A stretch of 63,976 nt of DNA, the filler included, from Malassezia furfur (lineage: Eukaryota), in assembly GCA_052055015.1 (NCBI GenBank). It is 5 parts of 5 records of this genome, joined end to end, with 100 filler letters (N's around TTAATTAATTAA, not from the genome) between each part and the next. Parts side by side here need not be neighbours in the genome. Positions count along the whole stretch, not along the records: positions 54,383 to 63,976 come from JBQJIT010000416.1; 4 more parts are not named here. The stretch is one strand, 5' to 3'. The notes beneath the pieces are model-generated. The model had not been told where the DNA came from. It searched no databases and saw only the letters and a list, made by a program, of their open reading frames with translations. This document shows positions 54,383-63,976 of the stretch, piece after piece; the first letter of the stretch is position 1; each line of letters opens with the position of its first letter. The translations under genes were made by a program, and so were the position numbers.

Positions 54383-56040
54383 CCTGCAGCGCCGGCGCCT
54401 GCGGCAGCGCCTGCGCCGGCACCCACGGCGGCGTCCGCACCCTTGTCGGCGCCCTTGTCGGTGCCCTTGTCGGTGCCCTTGTCGGTGCCCTTGTCGGTGC
54501 CCTTGTCGGCGGCCTTGTCGGCGTCCGCGTCCGCCTTGGCCGCGGCGGCGTCGGGCTGCTTGGCCTGCTTGGCCTGCTTGGCCTTCTTCTCGACGGGCTT
54601 CTTCTTGGGCAGCTTGAGCGCGTCGCCGACGTTGTACGACTCGCCGCACGCGCTCGCCGGGCTGCGCTGCCCGCCGACCGAGTCCTCGAGCGTGTCCTCG
54701 TTGTGCTCGCGGAGCCACTTGACGAGCTCCGGCACACAGTGGCGGTCGTTGATGTGCTGCGTCTCGGTGGGCCCCGTGGTCAGGGGGTAGGTCCACGTAA
54801 TCAGCCCGTCGTTGCGGAGCACCTTGGCGCGCTGGTAGATGCTGACGGCGCGCACGTACGGGCGCAGCTGGAAGTACTTGAGGCGCAGCTGCTGCGTGAG
54901 CACCGTACGGCGGTAGTCGAGCTGCGAGCGGTCGCCGTCGGCGGCGATCCACTCGCGCGACACCTGCTCAAACTGGTCCACGAGCTCGTCCCACTCGCGC
55001 TGGATGGCGTCGCGCGTCTCGGTGTCCTTCAGGATATCGTTCTCGCCGGGGATGGGCTCGATGTACTCCCAGTCCCAGTCGAGAGTGCCGCCCATGCCCG
55101 TGCGCAGGCGCGACGCGGGGATGTACTCCTCGAGCTCCTTGGCCTTGGTGCTGAACTTGATCTTGGCCTGGACGTCGGGGTCGATGAGCGGCTGGAGCAC
55201 GGTCCAGATGCCCTTGAAGATCCACGGCGCGCCGTGCACGTAGATGCGCTGCAGCGACTCGGGGTAGTACGCCTCGAGACACTTGAGGATGAACAGCACA
55301 CACTGCCAGTCCATGTTCTTCAGGCCAAAGCCCGCCATGTCAAACACAATGATCGCCTTCATGAGCGGCGGCGTGGTGAGCATGCGCGCATACTCCATGG
55401 CGAGCAGCACAAAGCGCTGCAGCGTCTCGATCTTCTGCGCGCTCGTAAAGTGGCGCGCGACGTGGATAAAGTAGATCGGCAGCTCGTACCGGTCGCGGCT
55501 CGTGCTGCCCTCGATGTACGAGATGCCGCGCCGGAATTGGTTCAGGAAGCCGGGCTCGTCGCTGAGGCCCTGCTCGCCCTTGCGCAGGATCTCGTCCACG
55601 TTCATGTCGAGGCGGAACTGCAGCGCGGCCATCATCATGCCCAGCGCGCGGTCGATGTCGTACTTGCGCGCACGCAGGAAGCGCAGCATGGTCGCGTCCG
55701 GCGCATCGATCTGCGTCATCGCCCAGAACGCCTCGCGCAGGTACGGACCGCCGTACTTGGCGAGCGCGTCCTCGACGGACTTGAGCTCGCCGGCCTTCTT
55801 CGCCTCGTCCGACTCCTTCTTCTTGTCCTTGGACATGGTATTCTGAGACAGTTCGTTGCCGGTCTGCGCCGCGGAAACGCCGCCGCGCGCGCGCAGCTCG
55901 TCGGAGCGTGCGACATTGCGCTCGGTCACCTCAAAGAAGCGCCGCCAAAACTCGCGCAGCGCCGCCTCGTGCTCGGGCGTGAGGTTCCCCGGGTAGCCCT
56001 CCTGGATGGACTCGCCCAGGTCGTTCTGGATGACGGACAT
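54383..56040 (-). CDS. CRAL-TRIO/Sec14-family lipid transfer protein, 3' partial
   Basis: GYPGNLT...EA.L, PD..MLRFLRARKYD, FDM.GF.L.NMD, LEAYYPESL, APWIF.GIW. Confidence 0.9.
54441..54524. repeat. 12-nt coding tandem repeat, 7 units (DKGT/DKGA)
   Basis: ccttgtcggtgc repeated. Confidence 0.9.
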
Positions 56041-56359
56041 CGTCGCTCTACACACACGCTCCTCCTGCGTCGTCCGCGCACGCGAAGCCCCCGCGCGCCG
56101 GTGTCGCTATTTATCTCGCCCCCCCCCAACCCCCCTGACGTGGGGTAGCACCGCACCGTGCACCAGGGCCTCGGCCGAGCTGCCGGCCCACGCACGCGCC
56201 GCCCCACAAACTTGGCCTGCCGAGCAGGCCGTGTGAAAGTGGGATTTGTACAAAGATGGGCCACGCGAGGGCCGCTACGCGCAAGCTATGATTCACGCGG
56301 CGCCCGTGCGCGCGAGGGTCGTTTCGAATTGGTGAGGGGGTCGTGCGCGGCACACGCTG

Positions 56360-57586
56360 CTACTCGTCCGCGTCCATGTCCATGTCGGCCATCACGTCGC
56401 CGCCCGAGTGCAGCCCGTAACCATCCTCGCGCGCGTGGAAGTCGAGCTCGGACGAGTCGTCACGCGCGCCCATGTCGTCGTCTTCGTCCAGGTCGTCGTC
56501 CGCACGCGTCCGCGTGTGCATCGGCTTGCCCGCGTCGCGCTGGTGCGCCGCACGCATCGTGTCCGCCATCAGGTTGGGGTGCGCAGGCGCCGACGTGCCG
56601 AACGGCACCGACGGCGCATCGCTGAGCGGCACCGACGCGTTGCGCGCCTTGCTCGCCATCAGCTTGTCAAAGTTGACCTGGTCGCACCCCAGCAGCCCCG
56701 ACGACGGGGGGCTCACCGCCGCGGGCCACAGCGCCTTTTCCTCGGGCAGCGAGCGCGCATTGGAGTCCATCCCCACCAGGATCGCGGCGGCCTCGAGCAG
56801 CTGCACCTGCTGGTGCTTGCTCATGAGGAACTTGGACGCCTCTTTCCAGTACATGGTGTGCTCCTGTCTGTTAGCCATGTAGATACATACCCATCGGTGC
56901 TTCACCAAGCAGCTCGGGTGCCGGTACACTTTCGAGCAGCTCTCGCACTTGTGCAGCAGCTGGTTCGAGCCGTGCGACCCCGACAGCTCGGAATCGTCAC
57001 CGTGCGGACGCGGCGACGGCGAGCCGCTCTCGCGCTTGTGCGTCGGCGCCCCCATGCCGTACTGCCGCGCGGCGGCCTCCATCGACCCCATCGAGTGCGT
57101 CGGCGCCGTCGAGCTAAACCGCGGCGCGCCGGGCGCCGGCACATCGGTCTGCCCTTGCCGCGCGTCGTACTCGTCCGCATGCGCGGGCTTGGTGTGCGCA
57201 AAGCTCTGCATCGGCGCCGGCATCCGCGCACGCTCCGACGCCGAGAGCGACAGCGCCTCGCCGGCGGCGCCAAACGACGTCGAGAAGCCGTTGCTGTACG
57301 ACGGCGACCGCGCGCGTGACGCGCTCGGCGGGACACGCAGCGACGGCGTCGCATCCAGGCCTGCTGGGCTGCGGTGGTTGTTTAGCACGATCCGGCCGGC
57401 ATCGGCCGGCGGCGGACTCGCCGCATAGCTCTTCTTGACACGAAAGTCGGCATGCGACGGCGAGCCGTATGTGTGCCCCGCGTGCGGGTACGTGACCGTC
57501 TGCGTGAGCGCCGAAGGCGCAGGCATACGTACGGTCGTCGCACCGCCGTGCTCGGCGTGTGCCTTGGACGCTGAATACGAACTCAT
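56360..57586 (-). CDS. C2H2 zinc-finger protein; in-frame intron 56864-56890
   Basis: HKCESCSKVYRHPSCLVKHRW|EH followed by SKHQQVQLLEAAAIL. Confidence 0.85.
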   Translation of the reverse strand: MSSYSASKAHAEHGGATTVRMPAPSALTQTVTYPHAGHTYGSPSHADFRVKKSYAASPPPADAGRIVLNNHRSPAGLDATPSLRVPPSASRARSPSYSNGFSTSFGAAGEALSLSASERARMPAPMQSFAHTKPAHADEYDARQGQTDVPAPGAPRFSSTAPTHSMGSMEAAARQYGMGAPTHKRESGSPSPRPHGDDSELSGSHGSNQLLHKCESCSKVYRHPSCLVKHRWVCIYMANRQEHTMYWKEASKFLMSKHQQVQLLEAAAILVGMDSNARSLPEEKALWPAAVSPPSSGLLGCDQVNFDKLMASKARNASVPLSDAPSVPFGTSAPAHPNLMADTMRAAHQRDAGKPMHTRTRADDDLDEDDDMGARDDSSELDFHAREDGYGLHSGGDVMADMDMDADE

Positions 57587-58207
57587 CGAGATAGGATCAG
57601 TGCAGCCGCCTCAGCTAGCGCTGCTAGGAATGTGCCTGGTCAAGAATTTTGCAGGCAACGAGAAGGTCAGGTGGTCAAGGTTCTACCGGGCACAGTAGAA
57701 CAGAGGCAATACAATCCAACAGGACTCGCAACACACGGTGTTCCAGTGCAACGGAGCGGAGAAAGAAATTTCGTCCCAACGCCGTCCGTCCTCCCACACA
57801 CTACTTTTTTTTTTTTTTTGAATCCCACAATGTACCCCCACGCGCCCACCACCGCCGGACGTGCCTGATGGACTCGCCCCAGACACAAACTGCAGTTTGT
57901 ATGCAGTTTTGGCAGCTATTTCCGAAATACCCCGTATCGTCTTGGCGCGATTCGTTCGACACGAGTATAAGGTGCACGGTGATTGGCGCGTTGTGTTGTG
58001 GAGGCCTGTAAAAAAAGACTGCGCGCGCTGCGGCAAGCGCCAGGGAACTATCGCCTCCACCGCAGCGGCGCGACTGCGGCAAACGACGATCGATCTGGTC
58101 CCTGGCTTGTGCGTGCGCGCAGGCCAAAATCCAAGAAAAAAAAAAAAAAGCACTAGAAAAAACTTTTTTTTGGGCGCAGGGTCGGCCGGGTGGAGTAGGC
58201 CAGAGGC

Positions 58208-58927
58208 TCAGACGTCCCAATCACAGGCGTCGCGAATGCGGCGCACGATGCGCTCCAGCGCGCGTGCGTCTGTGTCGTCGAACCCGTTGGGCGCGACGCA
58301 GTCCAGGTCGAGGACGCCGATAATGACGTCGTCGCCATCGCCGCGCCCGCTCCAGGCGCGGACCAACTCGGGTGTGCCGCTGCCGTGCAGCGCTTCGAGG
58401 GTGCGCCCCGAGAATTGGGCACGGGGCACGACGAGGGGCACGACGATTTCCGACTGCGACTGCGAGTCACAGGCGATGTGACCCGCTGGGTGAGTAGGAG
58501 CGTACGTACGGTAGTCGTCTGTGCGCGGCACACACACCGTGGTCGGGGGCAGCACGGCGCTGCCGTCGGCACACACGCCCTTGCCCGGCACCGAGGCGAT
58601 CGCCTGGCATGCTGGCATGCCGCAGAACGGACCGAGCCAGAGCGTGGGTCCCTGGACGTCTGCGCGGATGCCGCCTGGGAACAGGGGCGAGAGGAGGTAG
58701 AATCCGGCCCAGTTGACGTGTTTCTCGCGCCAGGCGCTGAACGCGTTCATGGCGTGGTACAGGACGGCGCTGACGTTGGCGAGGTTGGTGACCCAGTTGC
58801 GCTGTCCCTCGAGGATGCCGGCGATCTGGGTCTCTACATGCTCGTAGAAGTCGTCCTTGGACGTGATGTAGCTAGGCAGTCCTGCGGCGTCGGCGCTGTG
58901 TGAGTCGTCGGCCACCTACTGCACCAT
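58208..58927 (-). CDS. Free methionine-R-sulfoxide reductase (GAF domain, fRMsr); introns 58896-58919, 58486-58509
   Basis: NWV.NLAN, VNWAGFY, LGPF.G.PAC, GKGVC, YPGHIACD..S.SEIVVP, GVLDLDC. Confidence 0.92.
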
Positions 58928-59072
58928 GGTGCGCCGTCGTGCTGGGGCCGGTCGCGCTGCCCCGTGCGCATTCGCCACGTGACGCGTGCGTCAGCGGCGG
59001 GTGCAATCACGCAATCGAGGGGCCGTATGGAGGGGGGCCGCGCGAAGAATCTGCGGCCCCGCTGGGCGCACG

Positions 59073-60638
59073 ATGCTGGGAGTGGTGCGTGGCGCAATGG
59101 CGCCGCCGAGCGTGTGGCGAGGCGCCTGGCACAGTGTGCGGCGAGCGGGTGCATGGCGCGCGTATGCGAGCGGGCATGGGCTCGAGCCGATGCCGCTGCC
59201 GTGCGTGGACCAGCACGAGCTGCGGGAGCGGCAGCTGCGTGCGGAGCGGCAGCAGGGTGTGCCGCCGCAGAACGAGTCGACGCAGCCGGCGCTCGGGATG
59301 GGCCCCGAGCCCGCGTACCAGAAAGTGGTCTCTGGGTATAAGACGTTTCGATACCCCCACCGCTATGCGTTGGACTATGGCGGTGCGCTGCCCGGATTCC
59401 AGATTGCGTACGAGACGTGGGGCACGCTGAACGAGGCACGCGACAATGCGATTTTGCTGCATACCGGCCTGTCCGCGAGCTCGCACGCGGCGAGCACGCC
59501 GAGCAACCCCGCCAAGGGGTGGTGGGAGGACTTTATCGGCCCCGGCAAGGCGCTCGACACGAACCGCTTCTTTGTGATCTGCACCAACGTGCTCGGCTCG
59601 TGCTTCGGGAGCACGGGCCCGTCGAGCGTGTGCCCCGTGCTGGGCGAGCCGTACGCGACGCGCTTCCCGATCCTGAGCATCTTTGACATGGTGCGCGCAC
59701 AGTTCCTGCTGCTCGACGACCTGGGCATCGACCGGCTGTACGCGAGCATCGGGTCGAGCATGGGCGGCATGCAGAGCATTGCGGCGACGCACCTCTTCCC
59801 CGAGCGCGTGCAGCGCATGGCGAGCATCAGCGGCACGGCGCGCTCGTCGCCGAGCGGCATTGCGCTGCGCTACTCGCAGCGGAGTGTGCTGATGGCCGAC
59901 CCCAACTGGAACCGCGGGTTCTACTACGGTCCCGACCAGATGCCGCCGCACACGGGCATGAAGCTCGCGCGGCAGATTGCCACGATCACCTACCGCTCGG
60001 GCCCCGAGTGGGAGCAGCGGTTTGGGCGCGTGCGGCGCACACTGAACCGCGACCTGGCGGTCGCCGAGGCGCGGGTACCGGCGCTGTGCCCCGACTTTTT
60101 GGTGGAGACGTACCTCGACCACCAGGGCGAGCAGTTCTGCCTGAAGTACGACGCGAACTCGCTCATCTACATCAGCAAGAGCATGGACCTGTTCGACATG
60201 TCGGACGATGCGCTCGCGCAGCTGGGCGAGACGCGCATGCTCGCGCACGGCGACGACGGCCGCCTGCCGATCCCCGCGGACGAGGACGGTGTGGAGGAGG
60301 GCGGCGCGCCGTTTGCGTCGGACAAGCGGCACCGCAAGCACATCACCACGATCTCGAACCCCGGCGCGCACTACTATGTGCCGTCGCTCGCGCGCGGGCT
60401 GAGCCGGCTGCGGCGCACGCCGTCGCTGATCATTGGCGTGCAGAGCGACATCCTGTTCCCCGTGGAGCAGCAGCGCGAGCTGGCCGAGTGTCTGCGGATG
60501 AACGGCAATGCGTCGGTGATGTACTACGAAATGGATGCGCCGCATGGCCACGACAGCTTCCTGTACGTGTTTTTCTTTCGCTAACGCAGCATCGATGTGG
60601 CCAACGTGGGCGGCGCGATCAAGGGCTTCCTCTACTGA
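59073..60638 (+). CDS. MetX-family serine O-acyltransferase (Cys2-like), probably mitochondrial; intron 60563-60589
   Basis: [48 protein letters not shown]; Arg-rich presequence. Confidence 0.85.
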
Positions 60639-62386
60639 CGCTGCTTCTCCTGCAGGTAGGCACACAGATCCGCAAGCGCAACCTCTTCGCCCTTGTCGGC
60701 GCCCGCCTCCTCCTTGCCGAGCTGCTGCTTGACGCGCACCTTGCCCTGCGCCCACTCGCCCGGCGCGAGCATCACCGCGTACGGGATCTGCTCCTTGTCG
60801 ACGACGGCGAACTGCGCCTGGAGCTTGGGCTTCTTCTTGTAGAGGAACTCGGCGTTGATGCCGTGGTCCCACAGCAGCTTGCACACCTGCATGCGCTCGA
60901 GCAGCAGGCCGTCGCCCATGCTCATCACGAACACGTCCACCTCCTTCTGGCGCACGGCGCTGCGCTCGCCGCGCGCCTGCGCGTCGCGGATGCGCTGCAT
61001 CAGGATCGAGAAGACGCGCTCGACGCCGATCGACACGCCGACACACGGCACGGCGTCGGGCTTCTTCGAGCCGCTAAACATCCCGACGAGGTTGTCGTAG
61101 CGCCCGCCCGCAGCAATCGAGCCGACGCCGACGGCGCTCTCGTCGACCTCGTCGTCGTCCTTCTTCTTCTGCTTGGGCTTGGGCGCCGCGGCGGGCGCGA
61201 GCGGCGGCGCCGCAGCGCCGTCCTTGTGGAAGCCCGGCGGCGCGCTGGCGGCGGTGACCACCTCGTAGATCACGCCCGTGTAGTAGTCGAGGCCGCGCGC
61301 GAGGCTCAGGTCGAACGAGATGCGGTCCGTGAGGCGGTACACGTCGAGGTAGGTGAACAGCAGCGCCATGTCGGCGAGGCCCTCGGCGGCGCGCGCGTTC
61401 GCGGTGAGCTCGGCGTCCTGCTCGAGGCGCGTGAGCAGCTCGCGCCCGCCGTGCAGCTGGACGTAGGTGCCGATCTTGTCGGCGACCGCGCCGTCGAGCC
61501 CCTTGTCCTCGACCATCTCGCGGCGCACCTCGGCCCACGGGCTCTTGTCGAGCTTGTCGACCGCGCTCGAGATCGTGCGGATCTTGTCGTCCGGCACGCC
61601 ACACACCGCAAAGATCGCATCGAGGATCTTGCGGTGGTTCACCTTGATCGTGAAGGCGTCGATGCCGAGCGCGTCGAGCGCCTCGGCGACGATGCACAGG
61701 CACTCGGCGTCGGGCACCATCGCGTCGTACGTGCCGGCGATGTCAAAGTCGCACTGGTAGAACTCGCGGAAGCGCCCCTTGGTCATCGCGGGCTGGTCGC
61801 GGCGGTACACCTTGGCGATGTGGTAGCGCTTGATGTTGCCGTAGTCGGTGGGGTTCATCGCGACGAAGCGCGCAAACGGCACGGTGAGGTCGTAGCGCAG
61901 CGAGCACAGCTCGCCGCCCTGGTCCTGCAGGTCGTAGATGAGCTTGCTGTCCTCGCCGTACTTGCCCGCGAGGATCTCCTTCAGCTCAAACACGGGCGTG
62001 TCGATGGTGACGGCGCCGTGCTTCGCAAACACGCGCTCGATCGTCGCAAAGACGTGCTTGCGCAGCGCCATCGACAGCGGGTCCCAGTCGCGCGTGCCCT
62101 TGGGCGTCTTGAGCGTGATCTTGCTGCTGTGGCCCTTCTTCGGGGCGACGCTCAGCGCGCCCAGCTGCTCGGTGAGGCTCTGGAGCAGCGCGACCTCTGG
62201 CTGGATCGCGCTCGCGCCCGCTTCCCCGGCGGTGAGCGTGCGCAGCTTGTCGAGTTGCGCCTCGAGTTGCGTACGGCACGCCGCGAGTGCTTCCGTGTTC
62301 GCGCCCGTGTGAACCATGCTGCGTTGCCAATGCCCTGCCGATCGGAAGACGCTTCGCTGAAAAAGCCGCGCGACGCCCAGGCGCAT
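60632..62386 (-). CDS. HTS1: Histidyl-tRNA synthetase with two candidate in-frame starts (62386 and 62317)
   Basis: [51 protein letters not shown]. Confidence 0.96.
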   Translation of the reverse strand: MRLGVARLFQRSVFRSAGHWQRSMVHTGANTEALAACRTQLEAQLDKLRTLTAGEAGASAIQPEVALLQSLTEQLGALSVAPKKGHSSKITLKTPKGTRDWDPLSMALRKHVFATIERVFAKHGAVTIDTPVFELKEILAGKYGEDSKLIYDLQDQGGELCSLRYDLTVPFARFVAMNPTDYGNIKRYHIAKVYRRDQPAMTKGRFREFYQCDFDIAGTYDAMVPDAECLCIVAEALDALGIDAFTIKVNHRKILDAIFAVCGVPDDKIRTISSAVDKLDKSPWAEVRREMVEDKGLDGAVADKIGTYVQLHGGRELLTRLEQDAELTANARAAEGLADMALLFTYLDVYRLTDRISFDLSLARGLDYYTGVIYEVVTAASAPPGFHKDGAAAPPLAPAAAPKPKQKKKDDDEVDESAVGVGSIAAGGRYDNLVGMFSGSKKPDAVPCVGVSIGVERVFSILMQRIRDAQARGERSAVRQKEVDVFVMSMGDGLLLERMQVCKLLWDHGINAEFLYKKKPKLQAQFAVVDKEQIPYAVMLAPGEWAQGKVRVKQQLGKEEAGADKGEEVALADLCAYLQEKQRQ

Positions 62387-62446
62387 CGACTCGGAGAACA
62401 AGAATTACGTAACCCACTGGGAACCCCCCTCCCCTGCGCACCCACC

Positions 62447-63322
62447 ATGGCCGACGCGCGCACTCGCGGGCCGCGCGCGGACGCGGACGCCGCGCTGCGC
62501 GCCGTGCACTTTTCGCAGTACGTCGAGGCACTCGGCACGCTGGCCGCGCGCGCAGAGAAGCGGCTGGCGCGCGCCGCCGCACACGACCGCCGCGACGAGG
62601 CCGCGGAGCGCTGGCGCATCGACGAGCTCGATGCGGCGCTCCAGCGCGCCGAGCGCATGGCACACAGCCTGCATGATAACGACGCACTGCGTCGCCTCGC
62701 GTCGATCCGCGACGCGGTCGACAGCATGCGACAGGTACGTGGTGCGCTGACACAGGCCTTGCCCCGCACTCCGGCGCACAGGCCGTGGATCGATGCGTAC
62801 TGGGACGACTATTTGTATGCGGGGCTGGATGAGGCGGGCGCCCGCGGTCCCAGCGGCACAAGCGGAGCCACCGATGCGCCCACGTCGCCCGCATCGCCTG
62901 CATCACCCGCAGCCGCCGCGGACGCCGACGCCGCGCCCGAGGCCACCGACGCGGCGCTCCTCGACGAGTACGGCGCCGGCCAGGGCCGTGCACCTGCGCC
63001 CGACGCCCCGCCCACCGACACGGCGCCCACGCTCACGCACGACAGCGACGTGCGCGATGCGCTCTCGTCCGAGCTGCTGCGCATGGCCGGCGTGCTGAAA
63101 CGCAACACGATCGCGTTTGGCGATGCGCTCGAGCGCGACCGCGTGCTGGTCGAGCAGGCGGGCACGCGGCTGGACCAGAACCTGTCGCTGATGACGCGGA
63201 CGCGCGGCCAGCTGGGCGTCTTTTCGAAAAAGGCACGGAGTCTCGGGTGGTTTACGCTGACGAGCATGGCGATGGTGCTCGTGAGCTGGGTGATGATGTA
63301 TATAGTGATCAAGCTGACGTAG
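62447..63322 (+). CDS. USE1: ER SNARE Use1-like; probable in-frame 21-nt intron 62735-62755
   Basis: LS.ELL.MA..LK.N...F...L..D..L SNARE motif and C-terminal TM helix. Confidence 0.78.
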   Translation: MADARTRGPRADADAALRAVHFSQYVEALGTLAARAEKRLARAAAHDRRDEAAERWRIDELDAALQRAERMAHSLHDNDALRRLASIRDAVDSMRQVRGALTQALPRTPAHRPWIDAYWDDYLYAGLDEAGARGPSGTSGATDAPTSPASPASPAAAADADAAPEATDAALLDEYGAGQGRAPAPDAPPTDTAPTLTHDSDVRDALSSELLRMAGVLKRNTIAFGDALERDRVLVEQAGTRLDQNLSLMTRTRGQLGVFSKKARSLGWFTLTSMAMVLVSWVMMYIVIKLT

Positions 63323-63382
63323 GCGGTGCGACTACAGACGCCCATGTGCGGGCGGGGGTGCGTCGCCGCCGCCGCGCGCGAG

Positions 63383-63880
63383 TCAGTCGGCGGCGGCGGC
63401 GATCGCCTCGATCTCGATCAGGACGTCGCGCGGGAGGCGCGCGACCTCGACGGCGGAGCGCGCGGGCTTGTACGGGGCGAACGCCTTTTCGTAGATCGCG
63501 TTAACCTTGGCAAAGTCGTTCATGTCCTTCAGGAAGACGTTGACCTTGAGGATGCGGCTCTTGTCGGCGCCGGCGGCCTCGGCGACGGCAAAGAGGTTCG
63601 CGAGGGCCTGCGTCGCCTGTTCCTCGACGCCGCCGTCGACGACCTGCATGGTCTTGGGGTCGAACGGGATGCACCCAGACAGGTATGCGGTGCCGTTGTG
63701 CACGACGGCCTGCGAGTAGGGGCCGATCGCCGCCGGGGCGTTGGGCGTCGAGACGGTGCGGTAGGCGGGGGCAGGCGACGAGGAGCTCATACTACGCGTC
63801 GCTGGACGGTTAACATCGGCGATCCGGGGGGCGAGGCGCGGCAGCCGCGACATGGCGCGCACGCCGGCGCGTACGTACAT
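63383..63880 (-). CDS. RidA/YjgF/UK114 enamine deaminase (Mmf1/Hmf1-like); core starts at ATG 63790
   Basis: APAAIGPYSQAV, KVNVFLKDMNDF..VN..Y, PARSAVEVARLP....IEIE. Confidence 0.93.
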   Translation of the reverse strand: MYVRAGVRAMSRLPRLAPRIADVNRPATRSMSSSSPAPAYRTVSTPNAPAAIGPYSQAVVHNGTAYLSGCIPFDPKTMQVVDGGVEEQATQALANLFAVAEAAGADKSRILKVNVFLKDMNDFAKVNAIYEKAFAPYKPARSAVEVARLPRDVLIEIEAIAAAAD

Positions 63881-63976
63881 GGTCGTCCGAAGGGGAGGTG
63901 GGGGACAAGGACTCTGTGTGCCGGCCGGACGGTTTGCGTGCGGGGCGAGCCTATTTGGCACCGGCAGGGCACGCGC

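Noticed and set aside
60008..63322. 1104-aa + strand ORF
   Set aside because: Mostly the antisense shadow of HTS1 running into the real USE1 frame; GC-rich codon bias suppresses stops

Overview
Gene-dense, GC-rich fungal DNA. The gene content, the very small intergenic gaps and the tiny GT-AG introns point to a Malassezia-like basidiomycete yeast (inferred, not proven). The window is five separate contigs of about 13.5 kb or less, joined by artificial 100-nt N/TTAATTAATTAA linkers, so adjacency across a linker means nothing. About 39 mostly housekeeping protein genes and three intron-containing tRNA-Thr genes can be supported; no transposon, rRNA or CRISPR was seen. Highlights: (1) a SET-domain/Tad3 (ADAT3) fusion on the same contig as tandem tRNA-Thr(AGT) genes whose introns form conserved hairpins; (2) a DUF2841 protein with a divergent N-terminal MADS-like domain, an NRF1/EWG-like architecture; (3) a cystathionine beta-lyase/mevalonate kinase fusion next to MET17; (4) many 21-23 nt spliceosomal introns, several in-frame and stop-free, including five in ATL1; (5) a RidA gene whose first ATG overlaps a splice donor, suggesting splicing-controlled dual targeting; (6) glycine-less FSFAK nucleoporin repeats; (7) abutting or overlapping genes and recurring CACGTG promoter motifs. 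Exon boundaries were read by eye and family calls come from motif recognition; no database search was run.
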